Below, one piece after another: positions 48,736-61,600 of a DNA stretch of 64,000 nt. Origin of the DNA: Azolla caroliniana (taxonomy: Eukaryota; Plantae; Polypodiophyta). The notes below the pieces were generated by a model, which was given only the letters and a program-made list of their open reading frames with translations, searched no databases and was not told where the DNA came from. The stretch's first letter is position 1. Each line of letters begins with the position of its first letter. The stretch is taken from assembly GCA_043228905.1 (NCBI GenBank), contig JBHGNT010000011.1:8990001-9054000 (forward strand), read 5' to 3'. Position numbers and translations under genes: made by a program.

Positions 48736-49419
48736 TGATGGAAATAATCGACACTTTCCAAACTTCACCTCTCGGCCACAACCAAGGAAACACACGAATC
48801 GTTGTTGCAGAAAATGGGAAATGCAGTGGACACACGATTTAACGTGGAAAACCCTGTACGGGAAAAACCACGGGAGTACAAGACTCCGAACCAAAACTAT
48901 GCACAGAGAAGTATACAATGGCGAGCTGCAAGGCGACGACCTTGAGCTCGTTGTCCTCGCCACAGGCGGCGGAAATACACAGAGGCGTCGACCTCTTCCT
49001 CTCTCACGCTCTATCTCTCTCACGGCTGCTCTCTCTTCACTCCTCTTGAGTGGAAAAACAAAAAATGAGTAGCAACATTAAAACTGTTTGCCCTAAGTCA
49101 TATTTATACACATATGACTTTCGGGCTATTTACAAATATAGCCTCGAGGGCCCTTGGCAAACATATTCACAAATATGTCCCCGCATCCGGACCTCTCTCC
49201 GGGTACATTCGTCATCCGGCTCCGTAGCCGGGGTCTTCATCATCCGGCTCCGTAGCCGGGGTCTTCATCATCCGGATCCGAAACCGGGGTCTTCATCATC
49301 CGGCTCCGTAGCCGGGGTCTTCATCATCCGGATCCGAAACCGGGTACTCCTCATTTGGGTCTTCATTCCCGATTCCCGGACATCCGACCATCCCATCCGG
49401 AGGGACCGTAATCCCAACA
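48736..49419 (-). mobile_element. Solo LTR (element D-related Copia family) inserted in the transposase of MULE copy 2
   Basis: Perfect TSD AGTTG (48731-48735 and 49420-49424); empty site GGGAGTTGGTAT in MULE copy 1 (~22527); start nearly identical to the solo LTR at 29442. Confidence 0.93.
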
Positions 49420-52100
49420 AGTTGGTATCCCATTATGGTACATGATATGTAGTTCTGATAAGGGGTCTAACCATGAGCAAGTAGCTTTAGAAACTTACTT
49501 GAGAGTCATATTCACACGGATGCCCAATGTGAGGCCAAATGCCATAGTCATCGATAAAAGTTGGACATCATATAATGCCATAAGTAATGTGGTTGCAACA
49601 GACTGATTATCTTGGATAGTTACAAATGGGCAAAGGTCGCAAACACATTGTCGACTTTTGTTGTGTCACTTCCACACAAAAAAAGCATGGTTGGACAACT
49701 TGTTGCCAAAGGTAAGTGCAACTAAGAGAAACCATCTTTATAATCGGATGTGCCAACTCATGCAATGCATTACAAGAATCCACATTCAATGCCCAATGTG
49801 AGGAGTTAAAGGTAGAATATGCAAACAAGCCAGGTGTTTGGCAATATATAGAAGGAGGATAGTGTGGCTTGACATGTGTGTGAAGGAAACTGTGGCCCAA
49901 ATTTGGTAGAATGTTCAAATACGGACATGTTGACACTACCAATCTTGTGGAGAGACATTGGTAGTTTATCAAATATACTGCCTTAAGAGGGAGGATAAAC
50001 CGATCAATTACCGATCTTGTGCATATTTTAATCGGGACAGTCAAACGGGCACTTGCATCGGGGGTACTGTTATTGAATGGTACAAGCAATGACAAGAAAT
50101 ATGTGAGAGGGGTAGATTTGCACCACGTGCAAATTGTAGGGATCAAACAACAAGACTTAAAGAGGCCGAAAGGCTACTAGAGAGGTATGAAACTAATGAT
50201 GCGGCAATGCATATTGTGGACTAGCCCCGATATTGATTTAAAATATTGAGCTTGACAAAACAGAATGTATGGTATAATGTATCGCTCCAATGTTCATATT
50301 ATGATTGCCAATACCCTATGACCTATGAGTAAATGTAAGCATCTACTCGGCATCATGATGATTATTGAGAGGCACATGCCACATCTATGTGGGTCGTTGC
50401 CTTTTATAGATCATGCAACACATATGCGCAATGACCATTTCACAAAGATGGAAGTGGAGACAGAGGTAGAACTAGTCGAGGAGACAAACCCTATAACATC
50501 ACAAATGGAGGAATGGGAGTCGAAAATACAAACGGTTGAGGGGGCTATTCAATGTCTTAGGCAAGGATTACAATCCCTCGATCGTGCAACAATTTTGGCA
50601 TGTATGGAGTCCATTGAAGAAATAGGTCAGACGTTGGTGTGTCACCTAGCTGCACCAAACCAACCAATGAAGAAGACCGTGGATCCATAGGGCGTAAGCA
50701 AGAAATTGGTGCAAAAAGGGGAGCATCAATCAACATTTCACAAGATCTTATTGGCAACTCCCCAAACACTTCCAAGGCACACACAAGGAAAATGCAAAGA
50801 GGCGCAAGTCGAGCTAGGAGGCGGTTGCCAATATGTGTGAAAGAGAAGATGTGATGCTTGCATTGCGATGCCTTGACCTTTAGATCAAGGGACTCAAATG
50901 TTGATTGTTGCAAGAATTGTGGCCGCATCTTGCCATCATCTCCAGATGAGCCATAAACATAGCTTGAGTGGTCCTTTAGATCAAGGGACTCAAATGTTGA
51001 TTGTTGCAAGAATTGTGGCCGCATCTTGCCATCATCTCCGAATGAGCCATAAACATAGCTTGAGTGGTTTTGCGGATCGATGCATTTGGGTTTACAATGT
51101 TTAAAGTGGATTTATGGTGATTTATGACTGCATTTGGAAGTATGTCATATGTTGATTTATGTTTTAAGTTTCCTGTGTCAAGTATGTCATCCTTTGATTT
51201 GGGTTTATGGTGTTTAAAGTGGATTTACGTTCTTTGTTTAAGTTTTATGTTTTTTAACTTTTAACTTTTATGTTTTAATATGATTATTTGTTTTAACCAA
51301 AGTATGGTAAAGATCGTCGATTTTGAATAATTTAAGGTTGGATTTTGTGACTGTTTGATATGTTATTGTAAGTTTTAAGGGTAATGAACAAGCTTATTTG
51401 AAGATTTTGGTCGAAATGATACATTTGGTTGGGTGATCTGCAACGGTTGGGCGACCAATCAGTTGGGCAACATAAGTATGGTAAAGATCGTCGATTTTGA
51501 ATAATTTAAGGTTGGATTTTGTGACTGTTTGATATGTTATTGTAAGTTTTAAGGGTAATGAACAAGCTTATTTGAAGATTTTGGTCGAAATGATACATTT
51601 GGTTGGGTGATCTGCAACGGTTGGGCGACCAATCAGTTGGGCAACCTGCAAATGTCAGGGTTGGGTGACGTAAAACGGTTGGGCGACTTGCAACAGTCAG
51701 AGTTGGGCGACCAATTGTGGTTGGGCGACTAGGGTTGGGCGACCATCGACTCAGAGTTGGGCGACCTCTGACAACTTTTTTTTTCGCGCGTTGTTCCTTA
51801 TCAAAATCTGACGGTGCTAATCGCACACGCTTTCCTCTAAGCGACTTGCACCGTGTATGGCCGCGATTCCCTCGCCAACCCTCTTTATGATTTGATGCAG
51901 AATAGACACGAGCATACGGAGGGTTTGCATGGCACACACATTAGCAACAGGCAGGCAGGCAGGCAAGGAAGTCATTTTTAATGAACAAAACACTCAGTTT
52001 GTTAATTTGGATCCTTAAAAATTGAAGAAGATCAGGAGGAGGAGGAGCAGGAAGAGGAAGAGGAAGAGGAAGATCTCCCTGCCCTGCCCCTGCACCAAAT

Positions 52101-53086
52101 ATGGCCAGGAAGAAAGCCTCCGAGCCGGTCCCTGCCGTGAAGGTCTAATTTCCTCCCAATCTCTCTCTTTTTTTTTGTTTGTTTGTCTTTGTCCCTTCTT
52201 TCTTACTTGTAACAGGGGAGGGAAAGCAGAGAGGAGTTTGTGTTTGTTTTTCCTTACTTATATGTAAAAACAGGAAAGAGCAGAGAATTTTGATGTTAGA
52301 TTTTGATGGTATTTGCGCAGAAACAGCAGAAGAAGGTTGTGGATCCGGTTCAGGTGTTTGCAGAGAAGGTGAGGGATCACAAGGAATTGGAATCACGATG
52401 GGCAGTTCTGCAAGACACTCGCATCGAGTACTTCAAAGGGAAAGACTTTGTGTCCCTCTTGCAAACTCACACTGACCTCAGGCCTTCCTTCTCTTCTCCT
52501 ACCCCCACTGCTGCTAACACTAGTGTTGGTGCTAATAATGTGGCCTCTAATAATCACAGCAATCTCAATAATGGTGTGGGCATTGAATCTGAAGAGGATC
52601 TTGGGAATCTCCTGTTGAAGAGGAAGCTCATCCTTTGATGTGATCTGTGTCCTCAAGACACCCAGGCCTGGCAAGACCAAGCTGTCCAAGTGGCCTGCAC
52701 GCCTTGAACTCTATCCAGTACACTCACATATCTCTATTCTCCTTTTCTATACTTTTATCCTTGTATTTTCTGGATTGTCTGTTCAGATTAGAGTTTTCCA
52801 ATGGGCTATGCTAAATGTGTTTACATGTTACTAAAGTTGCAAAAGCTGCTGCAGATTCAATTGCATTCACACTAGATGCATAAATTCTGCCTTTGTCATG
52901 CACGTTTACATTTTACTAAAGTTGCAAAAGCTGCTGCAAACTCAATTGCATTTACACTAGATGCATAAATTCTGCATTTGTCATGCAGTGCACACTTTCT
53001 TATGAATGCTCTCCAATAATGTATATGGACCTGAATGAAGGCAGCACGAGGATTAGGGTTTAGGTCAAAAACAGAGAGGGAGAGAG

Positions 53087-53131
<45 letters not shown>

Positions 53132-56100
53132 TGCACGCTGTCTTGGGTACAAAGAGTGTACCTCTTTTTTGGTTTTTAGATATTATGTATATACAAGTCA
53201 AAAGAGTGCTACGAGTGCGTTCACACTCGTGCACTAATAAAAGGCATGATGGCCCTTTATTCCCAACAACCTCCCACCTAAAGGCAATGTGCCCTCCCAC
53301 CTAAAGGCAATGTGCCGTGAGAAGGAAAATAAAAAGTCAACTAAGTCCAAGTATGTACAAAGCTGAACTACATACATCTATCCAACTCCCATCATCTTTC
53401 GGCAATGAGCAAATCGCTCAGCTGGAAGACCCTTCGTGAGAAGATCTGCAGGATTATTATTTGTATGTACTTTGACAAGCTCAATGTTCTTGCTGTCAAG
53501 TACATCTCTGATGAAGTGATACTTCACCTCTATGTGCTTCGTCTTTGCATGAAAGACGGGATTCCGAGCTAGCATGATAGCACTCTGGCTGTGACAATGA
53601 AGAATAGGTAACTTTGTAATGCCAAGATCTCTCACTAGATATGAAAGCCATAAAGCCTCTTTGCATGCCTCAGTGGCAGCAACATACTCTGCCTCTGTAG
53701 TAGACAATGCAACACACTTCTGTAGTCTGGAGATCCAAGAGACTGCTCCTCCTATGAAAGTAAACACATACCCAGAAGTAGACTTCCTGCAGTTTGTGTC
53801 ACCAGCATAGTCTGCATCCGTAAAACCAGCGACAGATGCCTTTTGCTTTCCAAAGCAAATGCCCAAGTCCTTTGTGCCTTTCAGGTATCTCATAATACCT
53901 TTCACCGCTTCCCGATGCTTTTTGCCAGGATTTTCCATGTACCTACTAACCACTCCCACTGCAAAGACAATATCAGGGCGTGTAGCAACCATCGCATATA
54001 TCAAACTGCCAACGGCTGAAGCATATGGAACCTTAGCCATTTCAGCCTTCTCATCATCAGATGTAGGGCTGTCTTCTGCACCGAGTTTCAAATATGGAGG
54101 CAATGGAACCCCAATTGTTTCCCCCCCCTCCATATTGAAATGCTGCAAAAACTTAGAGATATACTCCTGCTGAGATAGAAAGAGTACCCCTTTCGACTGG
54201 TTTCGGAGTATTCGCATGCCAAGGATGTGAATTACATCACCAAATCCTTCATATCAAAGCTACCATGAAGGCTTTGCTTCAATGAATCCAAGGCATGAAT
54301 ATTCTTGCCAGCAATCAACATATCATCAACATACAAAACCAAGATAATCAGGCTGCCATCTCCTGCCTTCTTGGTGTACAAGCAGTAGTTCACTCGACTT
54401 CTACGAAAACCTTGAGACTGCATAAATGCATCAAATTTATGATACCATTCTCTTGGTGCTTGTTTCAACCCATACAAACTCCTTTTGAGCTTACAAACCA
54501 TTTTCTCTTTGCCTTTAGCCACAAAACCTTTAGGCTGCTGCATATATATGTCTTCGTGCAGATCTCCATGTAAAAAGGCGGTCTTCACATCCATCTGTAT
54601 GAGCTCCATATGTTCAGCTGCAACTAAGCCCAAAATGATTCTTAATGTAGTCATCTTGACTATAGGCGAGAAGATCTCATCAAAATCAACTCCATATTCC
54701 TGCTTGTATCCTTTTGCAACCAATCTTGCTTTGTACTTTGGCGAGGAATCAGAAATGACCTTCATTTTATAAACCCATTTGCATGGAAGTGTTTTTTGCC
54801 CTTTAGGCTTTAGGCAACTGCACCAAATCCCAAGTGTCATTTTTCTCAAGAGATTCCATCTCTGACAACATGGCTTTATACCATTTCTTATTGTCCTGTC
54901 TGTCCATTGCTTCCTTGAAGCAAGTCGGTTCACCACAATCAGTTACCATGACATAATCAGCTACACTGTTTGCATCAGGAACAAATCTGTCAGGCTGTAT
55001 AGTAACGCTAGACGATCTCCTAACCCAATGCTCATTGTTTGGTAGCTGTTGAGCCTGCAAATCATCATTTTCAACTTGCTGTCCAGGCATTTCAGCCTGC
55101 AAATCAGCATTAACAGCTTGCTGTTCTAGCCATTCCTGCACATTTGGTGGCTCATCATTATTGGCAAAGGCTGGCTGATCATATCCAACCTCATTTTCTG
55201 CATTTGCAGGTAAGTTTACAGCAGGTGTTTGCTGCTGTACAGTGGGCACATTTTTCTGTCTAAAAGGTATTTCTTCTCGGAATACAACCCTCTGTACTTC
55301 CTCGGTCTTTTCGGGTTGTTTATGCATGCGATTTTCCCGGAAGATAACATCATTGCTGCGTACTATTTTTCTTTTCTCAGGATCCCACAATCTATACCCC
55401 ATTTCACCCTCGTCACCGTATCCTAGGAAAATACATTTGCAGGACTTTGGCTCAAGTTTGTTGCGTTCTTCTTTATGAATGTGCACAAAAGCCTCACAGC
55501 CAAACACTCTCAAGTGAGCATATGAAGGTGGCTTGCCCGACCACGCTTCTTGGGGTATTCCCCCTCCCAAAGACCTGTTAGGTGACTGATTAATCAAGTG
55601 AACATCTGTCATAACAGCCTCTCCCAAAAACCATGGGGTAACGCAGCATGAGACAGCATAGTACGGACCTTATCTTGAATAGTCCAATTCATACACTCTG
55701 CAACTCCATTTTGGGGTGGATTATAAGGGGCAGTGAGTTCCCTCTTTATCCCTTTGCTGTCACAAAATGTTTGAAAGGCCCATATTCCCCACTATTGTCA
55801 AAGCGAAGAAACTTAAGTGTCTTATCAATTTGATTCTCAACTAATGCCAAAAATGTTCGACACTTGTCGAGCACTTCATTCTTGCTACGAATAGGGTAAA
55901 CCCATACCTTCCGTGTAGCATCGTCGACAAAAGTGACAAGTATTTCTTTCCCCCTAATGATAGCCCTGGCATCTAACATACATCTGAATGTACTAATTCA
56001 AGCGGGGACGACTTCAGCGAAAGAGACTTTTTATGAGATGTTTGTACATGTTTACCATAAATGCAATGATCACAATGTTCAAAATCAGCATAACGAAGAC

Positions 56101-58668
56101 ATGGCAAGTAACCCAAACAAGACAATACTTTCATACCAGTTTCACTCATGTGTCCCAACCGGCCATGCCACAAAGAAACACTAGGCTGCTCGGTTATGGC
56201 AACAACATGATCACTCACACTAGATACATGGAGAGGATACAAAGTATCACTTTTACTACCCTTGGCAATAACTCTAGATCCCTTACAAATCTTCCATTTC
56301 CGATCACCAAAGGTGGTGTCAAATCCATCGTCATCTAGCTGTCCTGTGCTAATCAAGCTCTTCTTGAGCTGAGGTACATGCCGTACATGCTGAAGTGTGA
56401 AAGCAGAACCATGTTGAAACTGTAATTGCACAATGCCAATACCTGCAATTTCACATGCATAGTTGTCCCCAAGATGGACAACACCATGTCGACCCCCTAT
56501 ATAATCTGAAAACCACTCATGATGAGGGGTGACGTGAAAAGAAGCACCGGAATCGAGTATCCAAGTGTGCATGTCACCATCCGTATCTGCAAGTAAAGCA
56601 TGTTCTCTATGGCATGATGAGACAAATAGTACATCATTTCCACTATCACTATCATGAGTGACTACATTCACCTCTTCAATTTTAGCATTGCCTTTCCTCG
56701 GTTGAATGTCTCTCTTTTCTTCTATGCAATCATCTATCTTCTTACCTTTTCCTTTCTCTTTCTTCCATTTAAAACAATCATGTTTAAAGTGACCCTTTTT
56801 GCCACAGTGATGGCATTCTACATCTTTACCACGTGATTTACTACGGCTATAACTATCAGATTTGCCTCTTTGTTGTGACCTACTCCTCATATGCAACACA
56901 CTAGAGGACTTATTGGATGCATTATTTTGCCGACTCATCTTTTCCATGAGTAGAGAACTCTCTACATCGGCATAAAGAAACATCACATTTGAATTGCTCA
57001 TAGCAGTCCTAAAAGTATCCTAACTTTCTGGCAAGGTGGAAAGTAAAAACGTGGCCTTAAACTCGTCATCAATGATGAATTTCAAGGCAACCAGCTGGCT
57101 GAAAATGGAATTGAACTCACTCAGGTGAGTTGACATGGGTGTGCCCTCTGTCATACGCAAATCCATAAGTTTCTTAAGCCAATAAACTTTGCTAGCTGCT
57201 GTCTTCTGGGCATACAATTCCTCTAGTCTAGTCCATATAGAATAGGCATAGTCCAAACCTTCAATATTAAACAAGGCATTAGAAATCGACAACTCAATAG
57301 TGGAGCATGCAAGCTCGTTCAACTCTTGCCAATTATTTTCGTCCATATTTGTAGGCTTTACCCCTTTGACTAGGCTTTGCATGCTTCTTCTACAACAGGA
57401 TGTTGTAGCACTGCTTTTTCCAGACCGCAAAGTTATGTACACCCTCAAGCTTCTTGATGTGCATAAGGTGGCTACTGTCACTGCTGCTAGTCATGATTTC
57501 TTAGCCCAAATGGAGGACCAAACCTGCTCTGCAAAAAACGTGACCTGCTCTGCAAAAAACCCTAAACTTTGCTCTGATACCAGTTTGAAGGCAACACGAG
57601 GATTAGGGTTTAGGTCAAAAACAGAGAGGGAGAGAGTCTGAGAGAGAGAGAGATGCACATTGTCTTGGGTACAAAGAGTGTACCTCTTTTTTGGTTTTTA
57701 GATATTATGTATATACAAGTCAAAAGAGTGCTACGAGTGCGTTCACACTCGTGCACTAATAAAAGGCTCTGATACCAGTTTGAAGGCAACACGAGGATTA
57801 GGGTTTAGGTCAAAAACAGAGAGGGAGAGAGTCTGAGAGAGAGAGAGATGCACATTGTCTTGGGTACAAAGAGTGTACCTCTTTTTTGGTTTTTAGATAT
57901 TATGTATATACAAGTCAAAAGAGTGCTACGAGTGCGTTCACACTCGTGCACTAATAAAAGGCACGATGGCCCTTTATTCCCAACACTGAATTAGATACTT
58001 CTAGGAGTATATTCTTGTACACCGTATATTGCATTTATTAGGTATTGCAAAAAACAGGCCTGTTCATTGACTATTCCTTTCACTTTTAATATCTATATTA
58101 TTATGGGCTTCAATGAAGCAATGAGCCAAAAAGTATTTATTGTTCACGTATCAAATGCATACCTTCACATAGTGTAATTTTGGATCCCCAAATTAAATAA
58201 TCCCAGAAACATAATTATTTGTATGCGCTTTCACCTACTATTTGGAACTGGTGATGTGGTATATCTGTAGTTTTCATATATATTATATATATTCATATAT
58301 GTTGTAAAAAAAATTTAAATCTCCTTTTTTTCTCTCCATGTTGGGGCCTTCAATTTATAAATTAGGGCACTAGTTTTCTAGAACCAACATTAGAATGGAA
58401 TATATTAGTCTTGTAAACTGTATTTCAATATTTAATGTTTTAGCAATTTGTAACTTCTCTTGTTAGGATCAAACTTTCTCTGTTGATGATGCGTTCTTTG
58501 CTTGGACTTTTGAAAGGAGGAGACCATTATGGCAAACTGAGATCTCATTCTTTGTTCCAATCATAACCTTGGCATGCTGCTTATTTCCAGTCTTCCCCCA
58601 TCCATGCAAATTAGTTGTTCTCTATAGGTGCTTGACCTTCTTATCCACCATATTGAGTATTCTTTTCT
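52101..58668 (+). pseudogene. SEC62: Translocation protein SEC62 homologue, probably a pseudogene; exons 52101-52142, 52321-52717, 58467-58668; later exons not found in the window
   Basis: FAEKVRDHKELESRWAVLQ..RIEYFKGKDFV, RPGKTKLSKWPARLE and DQTFS.DDAFFAWTFE.R.PLWQT..SFF.P..TLA.CLFPVFPH.CKL match plant Sec62. Exon 2 has an in-frame TGA (52636-52638) and is 397 nt long (+1 frameshift). Confidence 0.88.
53036..57985 (-). mobile_element. Copia element E in SEC62 intron 2: 3' LTR 53036-53268, 5' LTR 57781-57985, extra PBS+LTR copy 57571-57765
   Basis: Perfect TSD CTGAA (53031-53035 and 57986-57990); short LTRs; PBS TGGTATCAGAGC; gag-PR-IN-RT-RH fragments in ORFs between 53378 and 57481. Confidence 0.95.
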
Positions 58669-61600
58669 GTAAGTTGATCTTATTTCTTCTGCAATATATA
58701 TTATATATAAGAACGTGTTGAAATATCAAAGGAAAATTAATTGAACCTAAAAATAGCAATATGATCCTTTCTGAAAACGAAATTTATTAGTGAATTCGTT
58801 CCTGTTATTCCTAAAGCTTGCATGAATGGAAAAAGCCTCTCTACTGTTCTCCCTTGACTTATCATTTGCATCACCATTAAATGATATATAATGTTGGTGG
58901 GATTGTTCAGTTTTGCTTTACAGTGAGATTCAAGCATATGATGAGGTTAACTTCAAATAATAAATATACTGTAAATCAGATGTATATAGTAAAGTCTTAC
59001 TATACTTTTATGAAATCAGAGGTAGATACCATTGCCTTTTTAAACAAGGCTTTGGCCCACTACGCAAGGTAATGGAATATGAGGACCAACGATGCCAGGA
59101 CTTTTCTTGCTAGAGCTCAAGAGACATCGGGAAAAGTTGTTGAAGAATACAACCACACAAGCTCATCCACAAAGAACAATCACAACTTTCTTTATCCACA
59201 TCACTCCTAATGCTAGAAGTCAACCCTGGGATACACAAATGGGCTTCAGACCAAGACATAACAAAGGGGTTACAATTGATCAGGCAATGGCAATTTGCCA
59301 TGCATGTAGGCCTCGGCCCCATGGACCACGACCTCGACACCCTTGTCATCGACAGATAAAAGCCATTATCTCCCGCCATCGTAGGTGCTTCCCTCGATTT
59401 GGAGACATTTCCATTTTGGATCGACCTATGCTAGAGATCTTTCGAAGACAAAAGCTACAATATACCTAATTTGAGGATCTCACATGTGCTAAAAACCAGA
59501 TTCCCTCATTAAATTTCTTTTCATGTTATTTACTTTTATATTTACTGTGTAATATTTATTTTATTTTGATTTGTTCTCAAGACGAGACAACACTTAAGAT
59601 GTAATCTCTTATTTGGTCTTATAGGCCATTTTGGCCTCTTAAAAGACGTTAATATATCTTTCTTTCTGTACTTTTGGACAGCAACTCAGACTTCTTTTAT
59701 GTGTAAATATCTGCTTCATCCTTCTAGACTCCCTTACCTTTCTGTTATAATTTATTTTTCTTTTAAACTGTCAGATCATGAGATGTTATAGGAGCTTTAA
59801 CGTTCTTCCCCATTATTTGTATTGATGTGAAAAGGATTATATATAACAGATTCTTTTGTCAAGTGGCTTTTGGAACTCTTGATGCATGCCATCAGTGTCT
59901 TTGGTTCTTCATTTCCTTCACTCATTCAAATTTATCAAGACTTTTCCACTTTTTAGTCAAATCTCGTTGCAGCCATCAGTGTCTGCTTTTAAAACTATGG
60001 GTAACTTCTACTGAAGATTTGGCAAAATAAATGATACATTTATATTTGTGTTTTAAAAACGTCCTGCTACAATTGGAAAATATTTTGACACACAGCATGA
60101 AGGTCCCACTTCCAGCATTGCTTACATTTTTATTTCTAGCACAGTGTGGGAAAATTTGAGTTGATGCTAATTTATGAGGTCACACCAGAAGAATATGTTC
60201 TAGTATGTGTGACGAATTTGGTATAGAAGTGGAAATTCTTGTTCATTGGACTGTATTAAACACAATGCGTAAATGGGACTGTTCCAAATATGCCAAGGAT
60301 TTGAACCTTAAGAATTAAATCTAGGCTCTAATCCCACCAAGTGTGGGTCTTCAGCAATATCTTCTCAGCACCTGGTTCTATTTGAACTGTGCCTCTTCAG
60401 ATATGCTGCTGCAACCGCTTTTCTAATTGTGGGATGAAGATCCCGTTTTAGTTATTTTTAATCATGGCACAAACCTGCTGTAGGGTCGTGTAATAGGTAC
60501 AATTTAGAATTTCTGATTTTTAAAATAAAAAAATCTCAAGCTGATCAATACAAGGTGCTTGTACAGCATCTTTCCTTGTGCTTAGAAGGTATATAGGATC
60601 ACATCTCGACAGAAATTGAGGTTTCTGGAACAAGCTGATGCTATTTGTGATTGCTAGCTTTGTCATTGCGGATTTATGCTAAGAATCATTGCAAGACCCT
60701 AGTTTTGAACTAACAGATCCCTCGTACAAGTTTTGATGGGCTCATACTATACATTATTCTGTGTGCTGGAGATGTTAAAACATATGCCCTTTTATTTTTC
60801 CCTTGTTGGAGGTTAGCGGTAAGCCACATTCTATTAACCTGCATTTAAGTTGTGACGTGCAAGGTCACCTATTTACTGGATGGCTGTGTGGGATATTGGG
60901 GCTGAACATATGACCTGCTCCTCTTTCCTGGCAATGTTATAATAAACTAAGCTACATTTGATACTGGCCTAAGGAACTTCTAGACTGTGGTAACTATTTA
61001 GCCTAACCTCATTGCCTGTGAGGTTTTACAAACATGAAGAACTATCTCCTTCAAGATTTTGTGTAGCTTTATTTCCCCTCTAGGAAGCTAGATTCTCCGG
61101 AACAATGAAGTTAGCACTATTTGATCCACCTTTTTGGGATTTTTTTATTCATAAGTAATAGAATATAATAAAATAAGATCAATCTTGAACCTAAAAGCAT
61201 TCAACAGTTTAAGTCTCGTTAAGTACTAATCCCATTGCTAGAGCTTCCAGCATACTAGCAGAGAGTATCGACTGTGTTTGGACATTTCATCTCTCTAAAC
61301 TGAATTAAAAATTTAATCAAACTAGAGGGTTGTTTGAATAATGCTGCCAATTGTAGACTCTTTAAACAACAGGTCCTAGCGTTGACTCATCTGCTGTCCC
61401 ATAACTTACAGTGAATTACTTTACAATTGGATGCATGTGTTGATGCACACACATGAATTACTGACCACATGCCAATCTTGCGATCTACAGGTTGTGGCTC
61501 CTTTGGTCTGTAGACTATTGGCTGTTTGACCATTTCAGATTTGCCTACAGTGTGATACTGCCTGATTTGTTTGGACATTTCTTCTGAACATTACTCTTTC

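Larger units (their letters stand above)
44661..51911 (+). mobile_element. MULE copy 2 with both termini; carries a C2H2-like/Ulp1 protease gene and a partly deleted MULE/SWIM transposase
   Basis: Left end CGTGTCTATT.. (44665) is the inverted complement of right end ..AATAGACACG (51910). Arrays of GGTTGGGCGACC-like subterminal motifs are in opposite orientation at the two ends. Tentative degenerate TSD ATATGGAG/ATACGGAG. 48420-51900 aligns with copy 1. Confidence 0.8.

Noticed and set aside
50876-51650. ~97-bp and ~175-bp tandem duplications near the right end of MULE copy 2, and short AT-rich repeats at ~43960-44220 and ~48250-48420
   Set aside because: Ordinary slippage-type duplications in decaying transposon sequence; no sign of function.
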